In this document: positions 27,137-36,852 of the stretch, piece by piece
Position numbering within the stretch: the stretch's first letter is position 1
How the letters are laid out: every line of letters starts with the position of its first letter
NCBI GenBank assembly: GCA_030145195.1
Contig: JAQYVY010000002.1
Location: forward strand, 57,285 to 121,284
Length of the DNA stretch: 64,000 nt
Source: Desulfuromonadales bacterium
GTDB taxonomy: Bacteria > Desulfobacterota > Desulfuromonadia > Desulfuromonadales > BM103
Direction: 5' to 3'
Position numbers and translations under genes: made by a program
The notes under the pieces: generated by a model
Told to the model about the DNA's origin: nothing
Seen by the model: only the letters and a program-made list of their open reading frames with translations
Database searches by the model: none

Positions 27137-29842
27137 ATGAGTATCTCTGGCAATGTCAGCCCACAGTGGCTGGAAGAGCAATATCAACTGTGGAAATCAG
27201 ACCCTGGCCAGGTATCGCCAGACTGGCAGGCTTTTTTTGAGGGTTTCGATCTGGCCCGGCAAACACCAGTCTCAGATAGCAACCTGGCGGCCAAAAATTC
27301 TGCTGTCGACTCGCTGATCTATCGTTATCGTGATCTTGGTCACCTGCAAGCCTGCACTGACCCGCTCTCTCCCTGTCTAACCGATCATGCCCAACTGAAC
27401 CTTGCCGCATTCGGTCTTTCTGAGGCCGACCTGGATCAAACCTTCTACCCGTTGCGTTTTCCAAAACAAAGCGCGACCCTGCGCGAAATCGTTGAGTTGC
27501 TGAAAGACACCTATTGCGGCGCAATCGGTGTCGAGTTCATGCACATCCAGGATCCGACCAAACGGGAGTGGCTGAAGCAGCGCATGGAGGAGAAACGCAA
27601 TCGAGCACAGCTGGACCGTGCCGAGCAGTTGCACGTTCTTGAAAAACTCCAGGAGGCAACTCTGTTCGAGGCCTTTCTACATCGCAAGTTTCTCGGTCAG
27701 AAACGCTTCTCGCTGGAAGGCGGCGAGGTTATCATCCCCCTGCTCGACACTCTCTTGACGCAAGCAGCCGAGCGCGGCATCAGTGATTTGATTATGGGGA
27801 TGTCCCATCGCGGTCGCCTCAATGTGCTGGCCAATATTTTCGACAAACCGCTGGAGAATCTCTTCGCCGAATTCCAAGACAACCTCGAACTGGCCTTCGT
27901 CGGTGACGGCGATGTCAAGTATCACAAAGGCTATTCCGCAGATCGAGTCCTCCCGTCCGGGCACAACCTTCACCTCAGTCTGGCCGCCAACCCCAGCCAC
28001 CTGGAGGCGGTTGATCCGGTAGTGATCGGCAAATGCCGCGCCCGCCATGTCGGCTACGGCCCCGGCGGCAAGAAACGAGTCCTGCCGGTACTGATTCACG
28101 GTGATGCCGCCTTTGCCGGTCAAGGCCTGGTCACGGAAGTGCTCAATCTCTCTCAGCTGGACGGCTATCAATCAGGTGGCACCTTCCATCTGGTTGTCAA
28201 CAACCAGATCGGCTTTACCACCGCGCCGGCTCATGCCCGCTCGACCCTCTACGCCACGGATGTTGCGAAAATGCTCATGGTGCCGATCTTCCATGTCAAT
28301 GGTGAGGATCCCGAGGCCGCCGTGTATGCGGCAAGTCTGGCCCTGGAATATCGCCAGACCTTTGGCGATGATGTGGTGGTTGAGGTCATCTGTTATCGCC
28401 TCCATGGCCATAATGAGGGCGACGAACCCTTTTTCACGCAACCACTCATGTACGAAAAAATCCGCCAACGGCCGCCTTTGCATGAAATCTACGCTGCACG
28501 GCTGATTGCCTCCGGCGTTGAACCCCAGGCGGTTACTGAGCGTTCTGACAAAATTAGCAAACGCCTTGAGGCGGCTCTCGATGGAGAACCCAAGCCGCAG
28601 GCTGACGTCGGTTTTCAGGCAAAATGGGCCAACATCCAGCGCGATTACACCCGCGAGGAGCCCGCAACCAAGGTTGATGCCAAGACGCTGAAAAAGCTGG
28701 CTCAGCGCCTCGCATCGCTACCGCCAGGGCTCAATGCGCATCCCAAAATCGAACGTTTGCTCAAACGCCGCGAAGAGAGCCTGCTCGAGGACACCGGGAT
28801 CGACTGGGCCAATGCTGAAGCCCTCGCCTTCGCCTCTCTGTTGACCGAAAACGTTCCCGTGCGTCTTTCCGGGCAGGACTCGCGACGTGGCACCTTCAAT
28901 CAACGCCATTCCACTCTGGTTGATCAGAAGACCGGCCAACTCTATGTGCCGCTGGCCTTTCTGCAAAAGGGCCAGGCCGCAATCCAGATTTACGACAGCA
29001 TGCTTTCCGAAGCGGCGGTTTTAGGCCTTGAATATGGCTATTCTTTAGAGACACCCCATGGCCTGACGATCTGGGAAGCGCAGTTCGGTGACTTTGCCAA
29101 CGGTGCCCAGGTGATTATTGATCAGTTCATCGGCACTAGCGGTACCAAGTGGGATCGCTCCAGCGGGCTGGTGCTGTTTCTGCCGCACGGTTATGAAGGC
29201 CAGGGGCCGGAACATTCGAACGCCCGCATCGAACGTTTCATGAATCTTTGTGCCGACAACAATATGCACATCGCCTATCCAAGCACCCCGGCACAGCTTT
29301 TTCATCTCTTGCGCCGCCAGTGTAAACTGCCCTATCGCCGACCCTTGATCGTCTTCACGCCAAAAAGCCTCTTGCGCCTGCCAGCCTGCAGCAGCACCCT
29401 TAGCGAGTTGAGTGAAGGTTCTTTCCAGGCGATTCTGCCCTGCGCCACACCTGCGGAGCAGGTCGAAACCCTGCTGCTCTGTAGCGGCAAGATTTATTTT
29501 GAGCTGCAAGCAGCCCTTGAAGCTGCAGGCAGAGATGACGTCGGGGTGCTACGGATTGAGAAGCTCTATCCCCTGCACCAGGATGTGTTGCAGGAAGCAG
29601 TCAGCCGTTACCGTAACGTCAAACGCGTCGCCTGGGTTCAGGAAGAACCGAAGAATATGGGACCCTGGCCACACCTGCAATATCGTCTGAGCCGAGCCAT
29701 CGGTAGAAACCCTGAATATTGCGGTCGCAAGGCCGCAGCCGCGCCCGCCGTCGGCTCACATCGTCGCCATCGTGAAGAGCAGCAACAGATTATCGACTTA
29801 GCCCTGGGAGTCCCAAAGGCACCTGGCAACAAGGATAAATAA
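27137..29842 (+). CDS. sucA: 2-oxoglutarate dehydrogenase E1 component
   Basis: 901 aa with the [33 protein letters not shown] and QEEPKNMG motifs. Confidence 0.95.
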   Translation: MSISGNVSPQWLEEQYQLWKSDPGQVSPDWQAFFEGFDLARQTPVSDSNLAAKNSAVDSLIYRYRDLGHLQACTDPLSPCLTDHAQLNLAAFGLSEADLDQTFYPLRFPKQSATLREIVELLKDTYCGAIGVEFMHIQDPTKREWLKQRMEEKRNRAQLDRAEQLHVLEKLQEATLFEAFLHRKFLGQKRFSLEGGEVIIPLLDTLLTQAAERGISDLIMGMSHRGRLNVLANIFDKPLENLFAEFQDNLELAFVGDGDVKYHKGYSADRVLPSGHNLHLSLAANPSHLEAVDPVVIGKCRARHVGYGPGGKKRVLPVLIHGDAAFAGQGLVTEVLNLSQLDGYQSGGTFHLVVNNQIGFTTAPAHARSTLYATDVAKMLMVPIFHVNGEDPEAAVYAASLALEYRQTFGDDVVVEVICYRLHGHNEGDEPFFTQPLMYEKIRQRPPLHEIYAARLIASGVEPQAVTERSDKISKRLEAALDGEPKPQADVGFQAKWANIQRDYTREEPATKVDAKTLKKLAQRLASLPPGLNAHPKIERLLKRREESLLEDTGIDWANAEALAFASLLTENVPVRLSGQDSRRGTFNQRHSTLVDQKTGQLYVPLAFLQKGQAAIQIYDSMLSEAAVLGLEYGYSLETPHGLTIWEAQFGDFANGAQVIIDQFIGTSGTKWDRSSGLVLFLPHGYEGQGPEHSNARIERFMNLCADNNMHIAYPSTPAQLFHLLRRQCKLPYRRPLIVFTPKSLLRLPACSSTLSELSEGSFQAILPCATPAEQVETLLLCSGKIYFELQAALEAAGRDDVGVLRIEKLYPLHQDVLQEAVSRYRNVKRVAWVQEEPKNMGPWPHLQYRLSRAIGRNPEYCGRKAAAAPAVGSHRRHREEQQQIIDLALGVPKAPGNKDK

Positions 29843-31059
29843 TGGATATAAAAATTCCCGAAGTCGGCGAATCGATTCTCGAAGCCCTGGTCTCCAGCTG
29901 GCTGAAAGAGGACGGCGCGACCGTCGCTAAAGATGACATCATCTGCGAGCTGGAAACCGACAAGGTCAATGTCGAATTGCCGGCCGAAGCCTCCGGGATT
30001 CTGCACATTGTTGTCCCGGCAGGCCAGACAGTCGCGATCGGCACGCTGATCGCCACCCTTGAAGAGGGTGCGGGAGCACAGGCTCCGCCACCACAGACAA
30101 CCACAGTAAAAGTTGCAACAACAACTGTTGTTGCGGCAGAGACGCCCAAGACGAAACCAGCCACGCAACCGCCAGCAAACCCCGCCGCTCGCCAGCAAGC
30201 CGAACAACGTGGCATCGAGCTACAAGATGTTACCGGGAGTGGTCGTGCCGGCAGAGTCATTCTGGATGACGTTATGGTCCACAAGAAAACCCCACCTTCG
30301 CCGGTTAAAACCGAGGAGGAAAAGAGCGCGGCAGTGGTAGCCGAAACCGCCCTCGATGGTCGACCCGTCACCCGCCAGGCCATGACGCCAATCCGCCAGC
30401 GGATTGCCGCACGACTGCTGCAGGCCCGGCAGCAGACCGCTACACTGACCACCTTCAATGAGGCGGACATGTCGTGGGTTAAAAAGATCCGCAGTCGCCA
30501 TCAAGAGCAATTCACCAAGAAGCACGGCATCAAGCTCGGCATGATGTCGTTCTTCGTCAAAGCCAGCATTGAGGCTCTTAAGGAATTCCCCACGGTCAAC
30601 GCGCGCATCGACGGCACCGACATCGTCCATCAGCACTTTTATGACATCGGCATTGCCGTCGGTACCGAGCGCGGCCTGGTGGTTCCGGTGCTACGCGACG
30701 CCGACCAGCTGACCTTTGCCGAGATCGAACAGCAGATCGCCGATCTTGCCGCCAAGGCCAATGCGCGCAAACTGACTCTGGCTGACCTCGAGGGTGGCAC
30801 CTTCACCATCACCAACGGTGGCGTCTACGGTTCACTGCTGAGCACGCCAATTGTCAACCCGCCGCAATGCGGGGTGCTTGGCATGCACTCAATCCAGGAT
30901 CGCCCGGTCGTCAGAGACGGCGAGATCGTCATTCGTCCGATCATGAACCTGGCCCTAAGCTACGACCACCGGCTCATCGATGGTCGCGAGGCGGTCCACT
31001 TTCTCAAACTGATCAAAGAATTTATTGAGGATCCTTCCGAACTGTTTTTAGAACTCTAA
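29842..31059 (+). CDS. sucB: Dihydrolipoyllysine-residue succinyltransferase E2
   Basis: Lipoyl domain ELETDKV, Ala/Pro/Thr linker, E3-binding segment, and catalytic SYDHRLIDG. Its ATG overlaps the sucA stop (TAATG-type junction at 29840-29844). Confidence 0.95.
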   Translation: MDIKIPEVGESILEALVSSWLKEDGATVAKDDIICELETDKVNVELPAEASGILHIVVPAGQTVAIGTLIATLEEGAGAQAPPPQTTTVKVATTTVVAAETPKTKPATQPPANPAARQQAEQRGIELQDVTGSGRAGRVILDDVMVHKKTPPSPVKTEEEKSAAVVAETALDGRPVTRQAMTPIRQRIAARLLQARQQTATLTTFNEADMSWVKKIRSRHQEQFTKKHGIKLGMMSFFVKASIEALKEFPTVNARIDGTDIVHQHFYDIGIAVGTERGLVVPVLRDADQLTFAEIEQQIADLAAKANARKLTLADLEGGTFTITNGGVYGSLLSTPIVNPPQCGVLGMHSIQDRPVVRDGEIVIRPIMNLALSYDHRLIDGREAVHFLKLIKEFIEDPSELFLEL

Positions 31060-31083
31060 CGACAGATCAAACCAGGGATGGCC

Positions 31084-31208
31084 AAAAAGGCACCAAGACA
31101 CAAAGAAGTGATTTCAGCATGAACCCAAAGCTTATAGTCTTGGTCTGTCAAATGACCCAACTGTTCAAAGATGTTTCTTGGTGTCTTAGCGACTTAGTGG
31201 CTAAAAAA
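31084..31208. repeat. Inverted pair of the dispersed 8-nt-periodic repeat in the sucB-lpdA spacer
   Basis: Left arm AAAAAGGCACCAAGACACAAAGAAG (31084-31108). The right arm reverse complement reads TTTTTTAGCCACTAAGTCGCTAAGACACCAAGAAA (31174-31208). Confidence 0.8.
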
Positions 31209-31246
31209 GTCATTCGGATAAAAATCTGCACAAACAGAGGTGCTAA

Positions 31247-32656
31247 ATGAGTGAAACATACGATCTGATCGTCATCGGCGGCGGCCCCGGCGGCTACGTT
31301 GCTGCAATTCGTGCGGCCCAGCTCGGCTCAACGGTGGCCGTCATCGAGAAACGCAAAGCCCTCGGCGGCACCTGCCTCAACGAAGGCTGTATTCCGAGCA
31401 AAGCCTTACTCGATTCGAGTGAACTTTTCACTCAGGCACGCGACAAATTTGCCGATCACGGCATCCTGATCGAACCTCCGGCACTTGACCTTGGCAAGAT
31501 GATGAAGCGCAAGCAAGACGTGGTCACGCGTCTGACCCGTGGCATTGCCAGTCTCTTTAAAAAACACCAGATCGCCCTGATCACCGGCACCGGTCGCCTT
31601 GGTGCTCCGTCAGCAGATGCTTTGTTGCAAGTCGTGGCAACAACGGCTGAAGGCGAGCAGACCCTTCAGGGTAAACGCGTGCTGCTGGCTACCGGCAGCG
31701 TTGCCATTGACCTCCCCGGCTTACCGCAAGATGGCGCACAAGTCGGTCAGGCCCGCGACGCTTTGGAGTACACGGCTGTGCCCGAACATCTGGTGGTGAT
31801 TGGCGGCGGCTACATTGGTCTGGAACTCGGTTCCGTCTGGCTGCGCCTTGGCGCCAAAGTCACCGTCGTGGAGATGCTCGAACAGCTGCTGCCGAGCACC
31901 GATCAGGAGATCACCGCAGCGTTGCTCAAAAGTTTACAGAAGCAGGGGATGACGATTCATGCCGGCACCAAAGTTGCCAGCATGGAGGCGACTGACCAGG
32001 GCATCACCCTTAAGCTTGAAGGCAAAGTGGAACAGAGCTTAAGCTGCGACAAGGTGCTGGTGGCCGCCGGACGCAAGCCCTGTATTGAAGCGCTGGGCCT
32101 TGATGAAGCGGGGGTCAAACTGGACGAAACCGGGCGGATCGCAGTCGATGATAACTATCAAACCAACGTGCCGAACATCTTCGCCCTGGGCGACCTGACT
32201 CACGGCCCGATGCTGGCGCACAAGGCCATGGATGAAGGCGTGGTCTTTGCTGAAAGGTTGGCAGGAGAAAACCCTGCGGTTGATTACAATCTCATTCCAG
32301 GAGTGGTCTATACTCACCCGGAAGCAGCCGCCATCGGCGCGACCGAAGAACAGCTCAAGGCTCAAGAAACACCCTACAAGGTTGGTCGTTATCCTTTTAT
32401 GGCCAGCGGTCGAGCTCGCGCTATGGATAACGTTGATGGCTTTGTCAAGGTTTTGGCCCACCCGGAGAGTGGCCGGATTCTGGGGGTACACATTATCGGC
32501 CCCTGCGCTTCGGAACTGATCAGCGAAGCGGTCACCATCATGGCTTTTGCTGGCAGTGTCGAAGATGTCGCCCTGACCATGCACGCCCACCCGACATTGA
32601 GCGAAGCTTTCAAGGAAGCAGCGCTCGGCGCTATGGGCAAAGCGGTGCACGCATGA
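31247..32656 (+). CDS. lpdA: Dihydrolipoyl dehydrogenase E3
   Basis: GGGPGGYVAAIRAAQLG, redox-active GGTCLNEGCIPSK, and HAHPTLSEA at the C-terminus. Confidence 0.95.
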   Translation: MSETYDLIVIGGGPGGYVAAIRAAQLGSTVAVIEKRKALGGTCLNEGCIPSKALLDSSELFTQARDKFADHGILIEPPALDLGKMMKRKQDVVTRLTRGIASLFKKHQIALITGTGRLGAPSADALLQVVATTAEGEQTLQGKRVLLATGSVAIDLPGLPQDGAQVGQARDALEYTAVPEHLVVIGGGYIGLELGSVWLRLGAKVTVVEMLEQLLPSTDQEITAALLKSLQKQGMTIHAGTKVASMEATDQGITLKLEGKVEQSLSCDKVLVAAGRKPCIEALGLDEAGVKLDETGRIAVDDNYQTNVPNIFALGDLTHGPMLAHKAMDEGVVFAERLAGENPAVDYNLIPGVVYTHPEAAAIGATEEQLKAQETPYKVGRYPFMASGRARAMDNVDGFVKVLAHPESGRILGVHIIGPCASELISEAVTIMAFAGSVEDVALTMHAHPTLSEAFKEAALGAMGKAVHA

Positions 32657-33180
32657 TATACGCTCTGGATGACCGCAAAGTGAGGCTCATCGGCGAACAC
32701 TTTATCGCCCCGAACGCCACGATCATCGGCTCAGCCGTTTTGGAACATAACGTCAGCATCTGGTTTGGCGTCACCGTTCGGGCTGACAACGACATCATTC
32801 ACATCGGTGAAGGAACCAATATTCAAGACGGCTCCGTGCTGCATGTCGACCCGGGCTTTCCACTGACCATCGGCAAAATGGTGACGGTCGGGCACAAGGT
32901 GATTTTGCACGGCTGCAGCATCGGTGACGGCTGCCTGATCGGCATGAACGCGGTGATTCTCAACGGTGCCAGAATTGGCAAGGGCTGCCTGATCGGAGCC
33001 AACGCTCTGATCACGGAAAAAATGGTGGTGCCAGATGGTTCGGTCGTGCTCGGCTCTCCGGGTAAGATCAAACGCACGCTTGATGCTGCGGGACAAAACG
33101 AACTACGAAAGAGTGCGGACCGTTATATCGAGAATGGCCAACGCTATCGCAAGACCCTGACGCCGAAAGCGGCCCCATAA
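32653..33180 (+). CDS. Gamma-carbonic-anhydrase-family (left-handed beta-helix) protein
   Basis: 175 aa of hexapeptide repeats with IWFGVTVRADNDIIHIGEGTNIQDGSVLH. ATGA overlap with lpdA. Confidence 0.85.
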   Translation: MIYALDDRKVRLIGEHFIAPNATIIGSAVLEHNVSIWFGVTVRADNDIIHIGEGTNIQDGSVLHVDPGFPLTIGKMVTVGHKVILHGCSIGDGCLIGMNAVILNGARIGKGCLIGANALITEKMVVPDGSVVLGSPGKIKRTLDAAGQNELRKSADRYIENGQRYRKTLTPKAAP

Positions 33181-33230
33181 ACCACAGGGGACCAAGCGTT
33201 TTGTTTTCACAACGACACTCTCGGCCCCCT

Positions 33231-33260
33231 TTCCCTTAAGCTTTGCGCCTTTGCGTTATT
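33231..33260. repeat. Copy of the dispersed 8-nt-periodic repeat family
   Basis: The reverse complement reads AATAACGCAAAGGCGCAAAGCTTAAGGGAA. Confidence 0.7.
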
Positions 33261-33321
33261 CTTTACGGTTTGAATTTCGCTTGTCAGCCCGAAAGCCATC
33301 AACTAAAAATTTGGGATAATC

Positions 33322-33825
33322 ATGAATCATAAAATAACCGGCACCCAGAATATCTCCAAAAATTGCCTGGTCTGCGGCACCGAAAACGCTTTTGGCTTAA
33401 AGACCCGCTTCTACACCACCGCCGACAATGAAGTCATTGCTCTCTTCCATCCGCTGGAAGAACACCAAAGTTACCCGAACATCACCCATGGCGGCATTTC
33501 TGCGGCAATCCTCGATGAAGTGATTGGCCGAGCGATCATGGCCTTCTACGATCCGAACACCTTTGGCGTGACCGTTGAACTGACAGTCAAATATAAAAGA
33601 CCGGTGCCTCTGGGGGTGGAATTGAAGGCCATCGGCCGGATTACCAATGACCGGGGCCGGGTTTTCGAAGGCACGGGGGAAATTTTTCTGCCTAATGGAG
33701 AAGTCGCGGTCTCAGCGCAAGGCAAATATATGAAACGCCGCCTGGACCAGATCACCAGCGACGAATTTGTCGATCATGAATGGTTCACACCTGACGACAA
33801 ATTGCCTGAGGAAATTTCGCTCTAA
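33322..33825 (+). CDS. PaaI-type hotdog-fold thioesterase
   Basis: 167 aa with CLVCGTENAFGLKTRFY at the N-terminus and HGGISAAILDEVIGRA (hotdog helix). Confidence 0.75.
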   Translation: MNHKITGTQNISKNCLVCGTENAFGLKTRFYTTADNEVIALFHPLEEHQSYPNITHGGISAAILDEVIGRAIMAFYDPNTFGVTVELTVKYKRPVPLGVELKAIGRITNDRGRVFEGTGEIFLPNGEVAVSAQGKYMKRRLDQITSDEFVDHEWFTPDDKLPEEISL

Positions 33826-33841
33826 CTTTAGACCCACCAAC

Positions 33842-33870
33842 AAAAAAGGGCCAGAATCAGCTTCTGGCCC
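33842..33870 (-). terminator. Rho-independent terminator after the LOG-family gene
   Basis: 9-bp stem GGGCCAGAA/TTCTGGCCC (33848-33856 / 33862-33870), 5-nt loop. TTTTTTG follows on the minus strand. Confidence 0.65.
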
Positions 33871-33898
33871 TTACCTGTACGCATCTATTAGTTCTGGA

Positions 33899-34942
33899 TC
33901 AAAACGAATTGAGCCGCCGCAAAAAAGCATTGAGCAATCCATAATTACGCCGATTGAACTTAAAGGCCAACCGCGGCAGATCAACCAGATCAGGCTGATC
34001 ATACTCTTCGGGGAGCGCCTTGATCTGCTGCAGGGATGATCCCGGATCAATGATTTCGCTAAATTCCTCTTCAAGGGTCTTCACCTGTTCTGCGGACAAA
34101 GGCTTGTTAAGACGGAGGACAAAGGTCGACCCAACCCACCGGCTGGAATGGTAGATCCGATAGAAATCGTGGATAATCTGCGCCGCTTCAAAGGGATCAC
34201 GGGTAATGGTAAAAAGACCGAAGTCTTCCCCCGCAATCAGACCACGTTTGAGCATGGTATCTTTGATAAACGCAAGCCAGGGCTCCCAATAACTGCCATC
34301 TTCCCGGTCGATCAGGACCAGCGGAATTGGCGGGTTCTTGCCGGTCTGCAACAGGGTCAGAGTTTCCATGGCCTCATCCATAGTGCCAAAACCACCGGGG
34401 AAAAGTGCCACCGCATCGGCTTCCTTGAGGAAGGCTACCTTCCGATTGAAAAAATACCGGTAAGTGATCGAACGACCGCTATTCTCCATCACCGGATTGG
34501 TTTCCTGCTCGAAAGGGAGACTGATATTCACCGCAAAGGAATTGTCAGCACCAGCGCCCTCGTTGCCCGCCTGCATGATTCCGGGACCGCCACCGGTAAT
34601 CACCATGTAGCCGAGCCGAACCAGTTGCCGGGAAAAAGTCACGCACTTCTTGTAGATCAGTTCCTCTGGTTCAGTCCGGGCCGAGCCAAAAATCGTGACT
34701 TTTTTCCGGTCACGGTAAGGCCCAAACATCTTGCTGGTGTAGCGCATCTCCTTCATGGTGGTACGTAGCATCTTGAGATCAGCGAGGTAGTCGTTCTCCT
34801 GGCCGATTTTGAGCGCGTTGACCAGCATCTCCCTGATTATTTCAGGATGATGCACATTAACCATCGTCATAATCTCTTCGATCAGGTCATCGAGAGGGCC
34901 ATTAGTCCGCTTAAAGCTGATTTTCATGAACTTATCCTTCAA
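33899..34942 (-). CDS. LOG/TIGR00730-family Rossmann protein (nucleotide 5'-monophosphate nucleosidase-like, long form)
   Basis: ITGGGPGIMQAGNEGA and PGGFGTMDE core motifs, with N- and C-terminal extensions. Confidence 0.75.
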   Translation of the reverse strand: MKDKFMKISFKRTNGPLDDLIEEIMTMVNVHHPEIIREMLVNALKIGQENDYLADLKMLRTTMKEMRYTSKMFGPYRDRKKVTIFGSARTEPEELIYKKCVTFSRQLVRLGYMVITGGGPGIMQAGNEGAGADNSFAVNISLPFEQETNPVMENSGRSITYRYFFNRKVAFLKEADAVALFPGGFGTMDEAMETLTLLQTGKNPPIPLVLIDREDGSYWEPWLAFIKDTMLKRGLIAGEDFGLFTITRDPFEAAQIIHDFYRIYHSSRWVGSTFVLRLNKPLSAEQVKTLEEEFSEIIDPGSSLQQIKALPEEYDQPDLVDLPRLAFKFNRRNYGLLNAFLRRLNSF

Positions 34943-34992
34943 GAATTATGTATGCAGCAGGTGCCCCCGCAAGAGAATTGCGAGACGAGAAA

Positions 34993-35553
34993 TTATTCTA
35001 CCATGGCCGCGGCCTGCCGTAATAACGGTTTATCGCCAAGCCTAGCGACGGCAATCCAGAGTCCACGCAGACTGGCACCGGGGCAACGTTCGGCCAGGTG
35101 CTCGTATTCGGCACGCAGTTGCTGATCCAGTGCCTGCAAGCGAAAAGCCTCGGCAGGGTCTAAGCGGCCATCAAGCCGATCACAAAAGAAGGTGATACAG
35201 TTGTATGGCCGTCTGGACACGGGTAGCCGGCAACCTTCAGCACCAAGATAGGGACAGGCTTGCGAGAAGTCGGGAGCAGGAGGGTCTTGGTTCTGGAGCA
35301 GGTAGCCGAGCAGGTTGGTCAGGGTCACATGATGACGACCACAATCGCAGCAGGCACCATCACAACTTGTACACGATTCAATTCCGCCAGCCTTACAGAA
35401 GAGTTCGTCCAAAGCCAGCTGAACTGTTTCAATCACAGCAAGCCGCGCTTTGATCCAGCTTTTTTCAGCCGCGCTTAAAGATTCCAGCTCAGCCTTGATT
35501 CTCTCTAGCAAAGCCGGCCAATCCGGGTGAGTATTTTCATGCGGTTTCGTCAT
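34993..35553 (-). CDS. YkgJ/UPF0153-like cysteine-cluster protein
   Basis: CTSCDGACCDCG, CPYLGAEGCRLPVSRRPYNCITFFC pattern. ATG 35553 is preferred; the track start 35568 is TTG. Confidence 0.55.
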   Translation of the reverse strand: MTKPHENTHPDWPALLERIKAELESLSAAEKSWIKARLAVIETVQLALDELFCKAGGIESCTSCDGACCDCGRHHVTLTNLLGYLLQNQDPPAPDFSQACPYLGAEGCRLPVSRRPYNCITFFCDRLDGRLDPAEAFRLQALDQQLRAEYEHLAERCPGASLRGLWIAVARLGDKPLLRQAAAMVE

Positions 35554-35798
35554 AAGTGAACAAAGCAACTACGCTAGCAGCGTAAACGGTCCTGGATTTT
35601 GGCAACGATAAATTAGCTACGGTTTCAAGGGAGTCTTTAGCCTTTACGAAAGAAATCATTCTAGGCCGAGCGGATGAGAGTGTCAACGTCAGTCGATAGG
35701 GGCTCATGCTGACTGATTCTTTAAGGGAAGTGCTTAAAACGTGACTGAATTGTTACCGTCTGGATTCTTGTTTGAGGCAAGACGCTTGAAGACAAAGA

Positions 35799-36215
35799 TC
35801 AACCGGCCTGATCGAGCGCCTTTTTGCTCCGTATCTCCCGATACTCGCAGATGCCAGCCCGCAGAGCGCTGGCGGCAAGATTGGAACAGTGCAGCTTCTC
35901 ATCGGGGAGCCCGTCCAGGGCGGCGGCGATGCTCTCTTCCGTCACCTCTTCAAGCACCTGGTCGAGGGTTTTCCCACGGGCCATTTCACTCGCCACCGAA
36001 GAGGTGGCGATGGCCGCTCCACAACCGAAGATTTTGTATTTCATGTCGAGGATCGTGTCGTCCTCGATCTTGAGAAAAATCAGCAGGCCGTCGCCGCAAC
36101 CGGGATCGCCGACCTGCACCACCACGTTCGCATCCTCGATGGTGCCCACGTTGCGGGGGCTGGCAAAATGATCCATCACCTTGGCTGAATAAATAGAATT
36201 TTCCATGATTGACAT
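35799..36215 (-). CDS. IscU/NifU-N-type Fe-S cluster scaffold
   Basis: MDHFASPRNVG with three scaffold Cys (GDPGCGD, FGCGAAIATSS, LHCSNLA). ATG 36215 is chosen because the longer track ORF (to 36392) runs through a terminator hairpin. Confidence 0.8.
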   Translation of the reverse strand: MSIMENSIYSAKVMDHFASPRNVGTIEDANVVVQVGDPGCGDGLLIFLKIEDDTILDMKYKIFGCGAAIATSSVASEMARGKTLDQVLEEVTEESIAAALDGLPDEKLHCSNLAASALRAGICEYREIRSKKALDQAG

Positions 36216-36321
36216 ATTTCCATAAAATGGCTTGGCTATCGGTTCAAGTTCTGCCTCGGCGCAAACATCTCCACTCATCTTCGGCTTTCGGCCTGGTTGA
36301 TTTGACGACACATGCTTCATG

Positions 36322-36359
36322 AAAAAGGGCGGTACCAGAAGGGGCTCCGGTACCAGCCC
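36322..36359 (-). terminator. Rho-independent terminator closing the orp-like operon
   Basis: Minus strand reads GGGC-T-GGTACC, a 12-nt loop, then GGTACCGCCC followed by TTTTTC (plus-strand A-run 36322-36326, stems 36327-36336 and 36349-36359). Confidence 0.5.
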
Positions 36360-36441
36360 GAGGCCTCCAGCTCCTAACCCGTTCTGCGGCAAGGACGATC
36401 CGAAGCCTCAATTATTTATCGGCCAGGACCGATAACACGAG

Positions 36442-36687
36442 TTATTTATCGTTTTTTGACTGCTGTTGACGTCCCAAGCCGCGGCCGTCACCAGCGAAGC
36501 GACGGCGCTCTGAAACATCTACAAGACCTTTCCGACCACCTCTCAGACCTTGTCCCCGTCCGAGGCCGGGCGTAGTTACGTTTTCCTGTTTTTTGTCGGA
36601 TGGTTTAGCAGTCTGATTGCATAAGCCAAAACCACCACCGGTTGCAGGCCCTTTTCCGAGAGGACCTTTTTTGTTATACCCAGGCAT
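36442..36687 (-). CDS. DUF5320-like Gly/Arg-rich small protein
   Basis: The N-terminus MPGYNKKGPLGKGPATGGGFGLC matches my memory of the DUF5320 signature (MPxxDxTGPxGxGPxTGRGxGxC). Perfect SD AAGGAGG upstream. Confidence 0.65.
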   Translation of the reverse strand: MPGYNKKGPLGKGPATGGGFGLCNQTAKPSDKKQENVTTPGLGRGQGLRGGRKGLVDVSERRRFAGDGRGLGRQQQSKNDK

Positions 36688-36852
36688 AATGACCTCCTTT
36701 TACTGATAGTTGTTTCCACCCGGACAGCTTGCCGAAAACAGGCGGTGCAGAATATCGTCTATGCTTCCAGGTGGTCTGTCTGTCATACCTAGCGCCAGAT
36801 CTTTTCGCCTCGTCTTTCCCCTTTGCCCCTGTGTGTTAAACCCTGGGTTTAA

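Noticed and set aside
33322-34942. Possible mobile or defence content around the thioesterase and LOG genes
   Set aside because: Both have ordinary metabolic motifs and are bounded by a normal bidirectional terminator. Nothing suggests an island.
36216-36392. 59-aa N-terminal extension of the IscU-like ORF
   Set aside because: The extension has no similarity to scaffold proteins and spans the terminator hairpin at 36322-36359. The ATG at 36215 begins right at the conserved core.
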